In this document: positions 1 to 7,944 of the stretch, piece after piece | How the letters are laid out: every line of letters starts with the position of its first letter | Position numbering within the stretch: position 1 is the stretch's first letter | From: Bdellovibrionales bacterium | GTDB lineage: Bacteria > Bdellovibrionota > Bdellovibrionia > Bdellovibrionales > DASUEL01 | Assembly (NCBI GenBank): GCA_050250255.1 | Contig: JBFWOZ010000036.1 | Coordinates: 1 to 29,413, forward strand | Length of the DNA stretch: 29,413 nt | Direction of reading: 5' to 3' | Made by a program: the position numbers and the translations under genes | The notes under the pieces: generated by a model | Database searches by the model: none | What the model was told of the DNA's origin: nothing | Seen by the model: the letters and a program-made list of their open reading frames with translations, nothing else

Positions 1-1122
1 ATTCTCAGAGTGAACAACGCTAGATATATTTTTTAGTCCCACCGAAACTGCCGATAGCAAGGCCAAAAATACCAAACCTTTTGAATCAGCAAATAATTTC
101 CAAATATCTCTTTCCGATTTTCTCGCGTAGCCTTCAATGAGAGGCAAGCTTAAAAAAATGGATCTACTTGCGAGATCACCTCTAGCGACGAACTCATCAA
201 TGCCATTTGCAATTATTGGTCTCTTTGCGTCCAAAACAATCTCTTCATCGTTGCTATGATGCTTTCGTTTTGAAAGACCCCCTCCCGTTGAAAGAACACA
301 AAGATCGTCGGACAGCCAATCTGGTAAACTCGACATATTGTCTATAGCAACAATATGATTCCATTTTGCCATAACCATTAGATCGTCAGTGTTCTTTGGA
401 GGTCTTCTTAGTGGGGATGCATTGGGATCAGCGAGACTTCGAAGTACCTTAACAGTTGTGCTCTTTGCCGTCCCCTGTTCTCCGTAAAGTACCAAAACTA
501 AATACGGTCCTGCGGTTCCCAATATACTTAAGAGCCAACCAACCAACAGCTTAAAGTCACAGTCACTTTCTACATTCACGAAAGGTCTTAACAAATTGAT
601 CGCCTTTTCCGGTGATCTGACATCAATTGGATGCGGAAGTGGCTCCATTCCTTTTGCGCGTCGAAATTTCACTGGAGATTTATTTATTATTTTCCAGCCC
701 GACGAAGTTACTTCAACAACTTGCCAACTATCATTTGTAAGATCCAAATATATTTTATCTTGGTGGTGAGCTACCCGTATGTATACTCGATGTTGCTTAC
801 CTTCGAACATTGCCCTGGCCTCTAAGGTTTGCAATACATCTTGAAATACTTTATCTGAAGGAACCGAACCGCTTTTGCTATAGTACTGTTGCCGAAGCCA
901 GCTCTTAAACTCACTGCTTTTCAATGCCCAGGTTTCTTCGTGATTATTCAGTTTTATAGTAGCGTATTGTTCATTGTCAGTGGAATGGAACAACTCAACC
1001 GTTTCACAAAGATCCATGAGTCTTTCTGTTTGGCTTTTTTTAGGTGAAGATGAGCCATCTAATCCATTGGCAAAAGGTTTTTCATTCTCTGATGCCTGAT
1101 ATGATTCTGTTCGTGTATTCAT
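1..1122 (-). CDS. P-loop ATPase / putative replicative helicase of the integrative element (3' end runs off the window)
   Basis: Not in the ORF track; translated by hand. ATG at 1122 overlaps the alpA TGA (ATGA) and the frame is open for 374 codons to position 1 (MNTRTESYQ...). Walker A GEQGTAKS, Walker B-like IVAIDN, then LSTGGGLSKR, RPIIANGI and RGDLASRSI, as in primase-associated AAA+/SF3-like helicases of mobile elements. Confidence 0.85.
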   Translation of the reverse strand, partial: MNTRTESYQASENEKPFANGLDGSSSPKKSQTERLMDLCETVELFHSTDNEQYATIKLNNHEETWALKSSEFKSWLRQQYYSKSGSVPSDKVFQDVLQTLEARAMFEGKQHRVYIRVAHHQDKIYLDLTNDSWQVVEVTSSGWKIINKSPVKFRRAKGMEPLPHPIDVRSPEKAINLLRPFVNVESDCDFKLLVGWLLSILGTAGPYLVLVLYGEQGTAKSTTVKVLRSLADPNASPLRRPPKNTDDLMVMAKWNHIVAIDNMSSLPDWLSDDLCVLSTGGGLSKRKHHSNDEEIVLDAKRPIIANGIDEFVARGDLASRSIFLSLPLIEGYARKSERDIWKLFADSKGLVFLALLSAVSVGLKNISSVVHSEN

Positions 1123-1313
1123 TTTCCTGCCCTCCGAGCTTTGGGCATCTTGGCCAAAAATTCTTCGACTTCACTCGCAAGCCAACCCACTCGACCTGGT
1201 GACACCTGCCTTCTCTTGGGAAATAACCCACTTCTTTCCCATCTCCATATTGTTGAACGACTAAATGGGCAGATTTTCGTCAGTTCAGATTGCACTATAA
1301 TACGTTCGTTCAT
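1119..1313 (-). CDS. alpA: AlpA-family HTH regulator / recombination directionality factor
   Basis: 64 aa with SRSTIWRWERSGLFPKRRQVSPGRVGWLASEV, the canonical AlpA signature. G-rich SD-like sequence upstream. Confidence 0.93.
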   Translation of the reverse strand: MNERIIVQSELTKICPFSRSTIWRWERSGLFPKRRQVSPGRVGWLASEVEEFLAKMPKARRAGK

Positions 1314-1387
1314 ATAACCCCCTTCACTTATTGTGTTTTATTTTGTTCCCTGTAGTTCCAAGACGTAGTACCTGAGTTAAACAAAAC

Positions 1388-1436
1388 TTGGCCGACAACA
1401 ATTGAAGGGTTAACGCTTCGCTTTTCAGTCGGGCAA
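1388..1436. promoter_or_regulatory. Nested imperfect inverted repeat between the divergent alpA and 1454 genes (candidate operator)
   Basis: TTGGCCGAC (1388-1396) and GTCGGGCAA (1428-1436) flank the near-palindrome GAAGGGTTAACGCTTC (1404-1419). Confidence 0.4.
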
Positions 1437-1453
1437 AAAATGAGGGTGGATAG

Positions 1454-2149
1454 ATGGAACCTAGGCAGGTTTTCAATAAATTCGTGGAAAATGTAAAGCT
1501 GGATGCTATTAAAACAGCTTCGTTACGAGGTGAACCGACAGTTCAATTAAAAGAGTCGATACTTTTAAAAGCATTTTTAGACATAGACTCGATATTAAAT
1601 TTCACATCAATGGCAGAAAATGATCTAGCCGTACTCCTCAATTATATGCGTGGTATTCCCAACCGAATTCATAAATATCCTACAAGGAAATCACGGATCC
1701 AGTTTTTTGGAACTATAAATCAAATTACAAAATTGCTAGTAAAATTAAAATCATTGGAATCCAAGCGATGGGGTCTTGACCCATCCCTGACAAAGTCAAT
1801 CGACGATATGCTAATCAGACTTAAAGATATTTCTGAAAGCGAAAAAGAATGGAAGAGTGGTCGAAATCCTGAGCGAAATAGGCCACAAGTAATAGCAATC
1901 AAAAAAATATATGAATTGTTAAAAAAATCGCAAAGTGAGCAAGTCTCATCGAAGCGTTGGAAAAATTTAAAAATTGAGAAAATAGGTACATTTGAAAATA
2001 GGAAAAGCTTTGCTAATCAGAAAAATTTTGAAGCAACACCTGCAAGACTGATTTCCAACTTTGCAAAGGGTTTGGGTTTAGATTTATCTGAGTTGGCTGT
2101 TGAAGATATCGCTAGAAGTTCTAAGGTTACGTTAAAAACCACCTCATAA
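1454..2149 (+). CDS. Hypothetical basic helical protein, divergent from alpA
   Basis: 231-aa ORF with SD GAGG upstream. Lys/Arg-rich, no family recognised. Confidence 0.7.
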   Translation: MEPRQVFNKFVENVKLDAIKTASLRGEPTVQLKESILLKAFLDIDSILNFTSMAENDLAVLLNYMRGIPNRIHKYPTRKSRIQFFGTINQITKLLVKLKSLESKRWGLDPSLTKSIDDMLIRLKDISESEKEWKSGRNPERNRPQVIAIKKIYELLKKSQSEQVSSKRWKNLKIEKIGTFENRKSFANQKNFEATPARLISNFAKGLGLDLSELAVEDIARSSKVTLKTTS

Positions 2150-2238
2150 GCCTAGCGCTCCGCACCAGATCGATACATTAAACTACTTAGAAGCAATATA
2201 AGCTTCTCTTGTTTACCACAATGTGCAAAAAATTAACA

Positions 2239-3333
2239 ATGCAACTCAATGAACTCTTAACAGTGATAAAACATATTAAATTAGCCCAGTCCGTTGATAA
2301 GTTGCCAGACTTGTACAATCAGCTAGCTACCAAGTTAAATGAAGTCAGACAGAACCCGTCGACGGCGGCGTCAGAAAGCATTTCTACACTAAAAAGTAAT
2401 ATCACAAAATATCACAATACAGTTGAGCCAGTAGGTTGGGGTTTTGTGAGGCGCCAATTGCTTGAAAAAATTGGTGCGAAACAACACATCGGACTTCATG
2501 CCTTAAAAAAATTCAATCAGATATTTGTTAAGCATCAAGCTGACCCCGGGGGTGCCGCAAGTGAAGTCTCGAAACTTGCGCAAGAAGTGAAAGCACTATT
2601 TAACCGCATTAATCAGTTAGAGACGGGGCTTGGTGAATTAGTGAGGGATGTTGAAGAACCACAAGTGCCGAGCGGCTACAGTGTTGTGCAAGTGACATTT
2701 AAAGAAGAGGCTTCAGTCGATACATTAGTTGATTTACGGAAAGTATCCGAAGAATGGAATAAAGCTGCTACCGCATTTATTCGTATAACTGGTGAAACTG
2801 TCGAAGAGCCAAAAATCTTGTCGGTAGAACAAGGATCGCTTTTAATTGAATTTTTGCTCCCAAGCGGCACCGCTGCCTGTATGGCATTAGCAATCCGCCA
2901 ACTACTGGCAGTCTACGAAAAGGTATTGGACCTTAAAAAGAAAGCTCTCGAAATAGAGAATCTGAAACTAAAGAACAAAAAATTAGCACAAGATATTCAA
3001 ACAGAGGCGGAAGCTCAAATTACATCTGCGGCTGAACATATTTCCGACGAAATATTAGAAAACTGTAATAGTAAGAATAGTAACCAACCAAATAATGAAG
3101 ACCGGAATGCCGTCCAAAAAGCACTGGAGCAAATTTTTAAATTTATCGAAAAAGGCGGCGAGGTAGATTTTTGGAAGCCCAGAGAAGAGACTGACGGGAG
3201 CCCGGAGAAAGAAGCTGATCTTCTTGAAGCCTTTTCGCAGGTCCGTCAGATCGAAGATCGTGTGATTCGATTGCGACTTTTGGAGGGTGGAAAAAGTAAG
3301 TCATCAGAAGACGATGAGAGAAAAGATCAATAG
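2239..3333 (+). CDS. Hypothetical coiled-coil cargo protein
   Basis: Long ORF (track start is TTG 2209; ATG 2239, MQLNELL..., 364 aa preferred). Helical N-terminus, central alpha/beta segment (VTFKEEASV...SVEQGSLLIEF), one weakly hydrophobic helix, then a coiled coil. Converges on the integrase. Confidence 0.8.
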   Translation: MQLNELLTVIKHIKLAQSVDKLPDLYNQLATKLNEVRQNPSTAASESISTLKSNITKYHNTVEPVGWGFVRRQLLEKIGAKQHIGLHALKKFNQIFVKHQADPGGAASEVSKLAQEVKALFNRINQLETGLGELVRDVEEPQVPSGYSVVQVTFKEEASVDTLVDLRKVSEEWNKAATAFIRITGETVEEPKILSVEQGSLLIEFLLPSGTAACMALAIRQLLAVYEKVLDLKKKALEIENLKLKNKKLAQDIQTEAEAQITSAAEHISDEILENCNSKNSNQPNNEDRNAVQKALEQIFKFIEKGGEVDFWKPREETDGSPEKEADLLEAFSQVRQIEDRVIRLRLLEGGKSKSSEDDERKDQ

Positions 3334-3352
3334 ACTGATCCAGTATTGCAAT

Positions 3353-4576
3353 TTACTTAACTCTGTTAAGAATCTCTGTAACCCTGCCTGAAACCAAAGA
3401 AATAGTTGCACAGAATTTGGCCCAATCACTCATCAGAATTTGTCTTTTCATTAATAAATCACCTCGACGATAAGCCGCTTCAGTTGCATCCTTAATTGAA
3501 TGAGCCAACGCCATCTCAATAACCTCTCTTGTGTGCCCCGTTTTTTCTGAAGCCCAGTCTCTAAATGTGCTTCTAAAGCCATGCGCAGTCACATTTACTT
3601 CCAATCTTTTTTTAAGTAGTGCGAGAAAGGCATTGCTGGAAAGTTGACTGTTGTGTCTACCCGGAAAGACAAATTCACTTTCGGAATATTCCTTAATCGA
3701 TCTAAGAATTTCGAGTGCTCTTTTTGATAGAGGCACTCGATGCTCTCGCCTCGCTTTCATTCGAGATGCGGGAATAACCCACAATGACTCTTCAAAATTC
3801 ACTTCTGACCATTTGGCACCCATGACTTCATTGGTCCTACACGCAGTTAATATCTGAAATTCTAGTCCCAATGGAACGACGCCCTCTAATTCACGGAGCC
3901 TTTTCATGAATGAACCCATTTCATTAATTGGAAGCGCTGTAAAATGTTGAACCTGCTGTACGCTACTCCGCTTTGGTAGAAGATTGTCCAAATGTCCGCG
4001 CCATCGAGCTGGATTTTCGCCTTTGCGATATTGATGAACTGTTGCCCACGATAAAACTAATTCTAAGCGCCCTCTCAGACGGCTCGCAGTTTCAGTTTTT
4101 ATGCGCCAAATGGGTTCAAGAATTTTCATTATTAGGCCCGTATCTACATCTTGAATCGAAAGATGACCAATGATGGGATTCGCATATGTTTCAATCGTAT
4201 TAGTCCACTGGTCTTCATGCTTGGCGTTTTTCCAGCCTGCCCGATGAGAGTCTATATAGGCCGATGCACATTGTGCGAAGGTCATAGCCTTGGCATCTAA
4301 TAGTGCTCTGGCTTGCTTTTCCGCTCGTCTTGCTTCGATTGGGTCAATGCCATCAAGGAGCATTTTGCGACACCCTATGGCTTTCATGCGAGCTTCTGCA
4401 AGTGAAACTAAATCTGTGGGGCCCAAACCCATAGAGCGGGATTTTTTATTGAGCATAAACCGAAAAACCCATGACTTTGTGCTGCTTGGCAAAACCTGAA
4501 GATAAAGCCCGTTACCATCTCCATAAAGCCCTGCCTCCTGAATCCTTTGAACGGATAATGAATTTAATTTGCCCAT
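3353..4576 (-). CDS. P4-like tyrosine integrase with N-terminal arm-binding domain
   Basis: N-terminal YGDGNGLYL...KSWVFRF. Catalytic residues intact: R (TACRTNE), K (RMKARREH), HxxR (HGFR), H (LAHS), Y (AAYRR). SD GGAGAGGA upstream. Confidence 0.97.
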   Translation of the reverse strand: MGKLNSLSVQRIQEAGLYGDGNGLYLQVLPSSTKSWVFRFMLNKKSRSMGLGPTDLVSLAEARMKAIGCRKMLLDGIDPIEARRAEKQARALLDAKAMTFAQCASAYIDSHRAGWKNAKHEDQWTNTIETYANPIIGHLSIQDVDTGLIMKILEPIWRIKTETASRLRGRLELVLSWATVHQYRKGENPARWRGHLDNLLPKRSSVQQVQHFTALPINEMGSFMKRLRELEGVVPLGLEFQILTACRTNEVMGAKWSEVNFEESLWVIPASRMKARREHRVPLSKRALEILRSIKEYSESEFVFPGRHNSQLSSNAFLALLKKRLEVNVTAHGFRSTFRDWASEKTGHTREVIEMALAHSIKDATEAAYRRGDLLMKRQILMSDWAKFCATISLVSGRVTEILNRVK

Positions 4577-4596
4577 CTTCCTCTCCTCCTATGTGC

Positions 4597-4619
4597 CATC
4601 TACAAATACATCCCCAAGT
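4597..4619. repeat. Tandem arm-type-like integrase binding repeats
   Basis: CATCTACAAAT (4597-4607) and CATCCCCAAGT (4609-4619), a 12-bp period, lying between the integrase start and att. Confidence 0.45.
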
Positions 4620-4738
4620 AAGGGTGAAATACTGTGGGACGGACTGTTACCAGCTAAAACGCCTTATTGACAGAAATTCAATGCAGGCGCAGGTTTGGAG
4701 AGATATTTGAAACAAGATGAAACAGATTGGAACATGAT

Positions 4739-4761
4739 GCGGAAGGACACCCTTTCCGCCA
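4739..4761 (+). other. att site: duplicated tRNA 3' end (tRNA-Ser-like CACCCTTTCCGCCA)
   Basis: CACCCTTTCCGCCA (4748-4761) ends in CCA like a tRNA acceptor end and forms an imperfect dyad with GCGGAAGG (4739-4746). No T-arm or full tRNA is present, so this is the displaced fragment, about 170 bp upstream of the integrase. Confidence 0.7.
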
Positions 4762-4804
4762 ATCAACTACCGGAATCCCCGTATACGGTTAACTGGTATA
4801 CATG

Positions 4805-4856
4805 GGTTCTACGGTTCTACTCGTTCGATGGTGGAAGTGTGGTTCTACGGTTCTAC
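4805..4856 (+). repeat. Two exact copies of the 16-mer GGTTCTACGGTTCTAC (4 x GGTTCTAC)
   Basis: Read directly at 4805-4820 and 4841-4856. Confidence 0.9.
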
Positions 4857-4948
4857 ATTTCACTTTATAAAACAAATTCTAAATCTCAAAAAAACGTTGG
4901 GCAAATCAGGATTGCAAACAATGCAAGACCCCACTAGTGTGACTTTAT

Positions 4949-5329
4949 ATGTCTAGCTTCAACAGAATAATTCCAGTAATTGAAACTAGTAATGGGCAAC
5001 TTATTTTAGCAGAAACATTTCTATGTGATGAATCTTTGCCTTTAGCTATTCGTATTCCTACAACTAGCGGTGAAGACTATCGCTTCCTATTTGAATTTTT
5101 ACCTGGTGAAACTTTTTTTAACCCAGAGCATGAGACCCATGCATCAGTAAATCAATTGCTGATTAAAGTAAAACTTGGCTCCAAAAATGGTAACTTTTTG
5201 AGTTTAAATCAATCTGTCGACACGAATATTTCTGGCAAGAAATATTCTGTATTGTTTTCGATCACAAGAGTAATCGGAAAAACCATACGTATTGAACTAT
5301 CGTTATTTGAAAAGCGAGGCCTGCTGTGA
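4949..5329 (+). CDS. Small beta-rich soluble protein, DUF6864-like
   Basis: 126 aa with alternating beta-strand patterns (YRFLFEF, LLIKVKL, YSVLFSI, IRIELSLF). The DUF6864 resemblance is from memory only. Overlaps the next gene (GTGA). Confidence 0.65.
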   Translation: MSSFNRIIPVIETSNGQLILAETFLCDESLPLAIRIPTTSGEDYRFLFEFLPGETFFNPEHETHASVNQLLIKVKLGSKNGNFLSLNQSVDTNISGKKYSVLFSITRVIGKTIRIELSLFEKRGLL

Positions 5330-5709
5330 TTGAAAGCCTTGTTAAAATCATAACGTCTCAATTTCAAAATGTAATGAGCCCATTACTTACAGCCTTAGCT
5401 ATGCTCATAATTTTTTCTGCCATATGTTTCGTTACTGATGATCAGTACATAAAATATGCAGGTGTAGCCTTAGTATTTATTTGGTCAGTATTTATGATGG
5501 GGATCTACGTATATAATAATATTAGGAATCCCGAACGTCTTCATAACGAACCACACATTTTTAAAATGGCACAATTGGGTAGTCGCTATGTAAAGCAAAC
5601 AGTTGTTGACGTTCCTGAACGAGAATTGCAGGACGTCATTCAGGCTGGCACTTCATCATCCTACAACGTATTACCTCAATCACCAGAGAAGTCCGACCAA
5701 AAAAAATAA
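5326..5709 (+). CDS. Two-TM membrane protein with soluble C-terminal tail
   Basis: Two hydrophobic helices (LLTALAMLIIFSAICFV; AGVALVFIWSVFMMGIYVY) followed by NPERLHNE. GTG start coupled to the upstream stop. Confidence 0.75.
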   Translation: MIESLVKIITSQFQNVMSPLLTALAMLIIFSAICFVTDDQYIKYAGVALVFIWSVFMMGIYVYNNIRNPERLHNEPHIFKMAQLGSRYVKQTVVDVPERELQDVIQAGTSSSYNVLPQSPEKSDQKK

Positions 5710-5822
5710 TTATCTTCTTAAATTAAGATAAACAAATGAAAACGAATCCCCTACCTTTTTTAGATATTTTCAAATAAAAGTTCATTGTTACTTACTCAAA
5801 ACCGCATTATCCTGAGTCAGGT

Positions 5823-6263
5823 ATGAAAAATACAAAAAACAAATGGTGGAGCGAGGGCGTTCGGTTTGAGTGCCAAGGCTCAGGAAAGTGCTGCACTTCG
5901 CACGGCGAATACGGTTTCGTTTATCTAACTCTCAAGGACCGTCAGCGTTTTGCAAAACATTTCAAGATGACCACAGCTGCCTTCACTAAAAAATACTGTG
6001 ACGAACAAGAGGGCATGTACAACCTCAAAGAGAATCCACAAAACCCTGATTGTATGTTTCTTAAAAACAAACGCTGTTCCGTTTATGAAGCTCGACCCAC
6101 TCAGTGTCGAACTTGGCCTTTCTGGCCCGAGGTCATGTCGCCTAAAGCTTGGAGTGAAGATGTTGCTTCTTTTTGTCCAGGCGTTGGTAAAGGCAGCCTC
6201 ATTCCAGCTGAGAAAATTGCCGCGGCTCTTAAAGAGCAAAAAGAGTCTGAAGATCTTTGGTGA
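5823..6263 (+). CDS. YkgJ-family cysteine-cluster protein
   Basis: FECQGSGKCC, DCMFL...RCSVYEARPTQCRTWPFWPE, CPGVG. Confidence 0.92.
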   Translation: MKNTKNKWWSEGVRFECQGSGKCCTSHGEYGFVYLTLKDRQRFAKHFKMTTAAFTKKYCDEQEGMYNLKENPQNPDCMFLKNKRCSVYEARPTQCRTWPFWPEVMSPKAWSEDVASFCPGVGKGSLIPAEKIAAALKEQKESEDLW

Positions 6264-6692
6264 TTATTTGTAGCCTCTGATCATCGCAAGCCAGGTACGA
6301 CGACGGTACCGAACACTGTCGATAATAATTCCTAAGAAATGAAGACCTATCAAAATTTGTAGGCCTATAGAAAAATTCGCATGGAGCTCTTCTATCCAAT
6401 CTTCGCCCCAGTAGGCATCAAGTCCCATCATCCAACCGGTGATACCAAGACCTAGAATCAAACTCCAAATCCCGATGTAAACCAGTGAAGCAATACGATT
6501 TCGGATTGGCACTTGTCCTAAAAATCCCCACGCAAAACGAAGCACTACGATTACCACGGCCGCATAACCAGTCCACGCGTGGAGATCTTCACCCTCTTCA
6601 AGAATAAAGAGATTGAGCACAACGCAAGTTGCGAGCGCCCAATGAATGAATCGTGTGGGCAGATCCCACACGATTCGGTCAGTAGAAATCAT
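6264..6692 (-). CDS. Cytochrome b/b6-domain (Ni/Fe-hydrogenase cyt b-like) membrane protein
   Basis: VWDLPTRFIHW start, four TM helices, four putative haem histidines (FIHW, DLHAW, ELHAN, GLHF). ATGA overlap with the PepSY gene. Confidence 0.88.
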   Translation of the reverse strand: MISTDRIVWDLPTRFIHWALATCVVLNLFILEEGEDLHAWTGYAAVVIVVLRFAWGFLGQVPIRNRIASLVYIGIWSLILGLGITGWMMGLDAYWGEDWIEELHANFSIGLQILIGLHFLGIIIDSVRYRRRTWLAMIRGYK

Positions 6693-6955
6693 TTTTTGAT
6701 TTCTTTAACTGTATCACCCGTCACAGGGTTGTAATAGATTTCGACTTTCTTACCGTCTTTATCCCAACCGTAAATTTCATAACAGCTGGTGTTTGTGACT
6801 TTAAATTTTTTAATTCTATAGCCTTTATCTTTTAAGCTTTGTTCAAAAGCTTTTTCGTCCTGCCATTTTTCTTTTGGCTCTGTCGTACATTTTGGATCTG
6901 CGAATGCTGGTAACGTCATAAAGGCAACAAGAACGGATGTAAAAATCATTTTCAT
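6689..6955 (-). CDS. Secreted PepSY-domain protein
   Basis: Signal peptide ending AFA, then CTTEPKEKW...GYRIKKFK...CYEIYG...KVEIYYNPVTG. ATG 6955 lies 5 nt after SD AAGGAG; the track's GTG start at 6961 overlaps the SD. Confidence 0.9.
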   Translation of the reverse strand: MKMIFTSVLVAFMTLPAFADPKCTTEPKEKWQDEKAFEQSLKDKGYRIKKFKVTNTSCYEIYGWDKDGKKVEIYYNPVTGDTVKEIKK

Positions 6956-6977
6956 ATTCACTCCTTAGTGAACAAGG

Positions 6978-7003
6978 AGTGTAGATGAGAATTTGATGAA
7001 AAT
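6978..7003 (-). promoter_or_regulatory. Direct-repeat box plus -10 element upstream of the PepSY-cyt b operon
   Basis: On the minus strand ATTTTCATC-aa-ATTCTCATC (11-bp period) is followed directly by TACACT, a layout typical of OmpR/PhoB-family activator sites. Confidence 0.5.
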
Positions 7004-7072
7004 CACGGTTTCAGAGAAAAGTGAGCCCTTGAGAGCAGGTGCAGCTTGGAGACGAAAGGAATTTGAGAAACG

Positions 7073-7103
7073 GAGTCAGTCCGCACCTAGGTGCGACTGA
7101 CTC
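7073..7103 (-). terminator. Strong hairpin downstream of the 7113-7787 gene
   Basis: GAGTCAGT-c-CGCACC-ta-GGTGCG-ACTGACTC near-perfect palindrome about 10 nt after the stop codon. The U-tract is weak. Confidence 0.55.
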
Positions 7104-7112
7104 AAAGTTCGC

Positions 7113-7787
7113 TTAAGGGCAAACAGTTAGCGCGTTCTTTGTGTACTTTGCGATTTCAGCCTTCAGCTGGTCTGCATTACGTCCATTTAAGGTACGCGCA
7201 GAAGCACTTGTTAAAGTGTTTTGGCCGTACATATCGTCCACAGTTGCAGTTCTGATTAAAGATTTCAATCCAGGGGTCATGAACGCGATGAATGCTCTCG
7301 CATCTGCTTGGTCTCTAAATTTGAAGATGATTTCTCTTGAGTGTTGGGTGTATTTCTGAACTTTTTTATCTTTTGGTAAGCGAGCTTCTATAAATGTGAA
7401 TTCGTAGGGGTTGGCAGCCAATGCATCAAAAAGAGGATCAAGTTGTTTCATTACATGAACAGCGAAGTAAGCCACGATGAGTTTTTGTTGCTGAACTGGA
7501 TCTAACGTCAAAACGTCTGAGTTTGGATTTTCGTGCTTGAGCCAAATAAGATATTCACTGTGGATATAGGTCATATCGAAAAAATTAAAAACTAAAGGAC
7601 AAATCGCCGCAACTTGTTCTGCTTTAGGTCGCTTTGCTTTTTGCATTTCAGAAATTTCGCTGAGACCATCAGAAAACTTCTTCACTGTATCAAGCATCAC
7701 CTCTTCTTCGGTCTGAGCATGACTCGCGACAGAAATATGTAAAATCGCAAAGAGAACTACAAATAAACGTGTCATTTTAAACCTCAT
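7113..7787 (-). CDS. Secreted hypothetical protein
   Basis: 224-aa ORF with a Sec-type signal peptide (…LFVVLFAILHISVASHA|QTE). No family recognised. Confidence 0.75.
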   Translation of the reverse strand: MRFKMTRLFVVLFAILHISVASHAQTEEEVMLDTVKKFSDGLSEISEMQKAKRPKAEQVAAICPLVFNFFDMTYIHSEYLIWLKHENPNSDVLTLDPVQQQKLIVAYFAVHVMKQLDPLFDALAANPYEFTFIEARLPKDKKVQKYTQHSREIIFKFRDQADARAFIAFMTPGLKSLIRTATVDDMYGQNTLTSASARTLNGRNADQLKAEIAKYTKNALTVCP

Positions 7788-7944
7788 TTGTTTTGAAAAC
7801 TTATAGCGGAAGCCTCTATACGGACCAAGGAGAACTCACCTGACGTGTATTGAATACAGGAAGGCTCAAAAAAATAGAATTAGACCGCAACATGTTCTAT
7901 GAGAAATAAATCGTTTAAGGCTTAACATATTCAAGGACTTAATC

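Larger units (their letters stand above)
1..4761. mobile_element. Right end of a P4-like integrative element / phage satellite (left end outside the window)
   Basis: P4-family integrase pointing inward from a tRNA-3'-like att sequence (4748-4761), plus AlpA and a P-loop helicase-like gene, the typical satellite/IME backbone. Cargo genes look AT-richer than the downstream host genes (by eye). Confidence 0.85.

Noticed and set aside
4690..4761. Complete tRNA gene ending at the CCA at 4759-4761
   Set aside because: No TTCGAAT T-loop or D-arm upstream, so only the 3' fragment is present.
4805..4856. Mini CRISPR array
   Set aside because: Only two 16-bp units with a 20-bp gap, internally tandem, and no cas genes.
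5743..5760. CGAATCCCCTACC as a degenerate second att (tRNA T-arm remnant)
   Set aside because: The position at the islet boundary is suggestive, but only 8 nt match and there is no CCA end, so chance cannot be excluded.
6959..6981. CACTCCTT/AAGGAGTG hairpin sequestering the PepSY SD (RNA thermometer or riboswitch)
   Set aside because: The 5' arm overlaps the probable -10 (TACACT), so it is likely not transcribed. It would need TSS data to revive.
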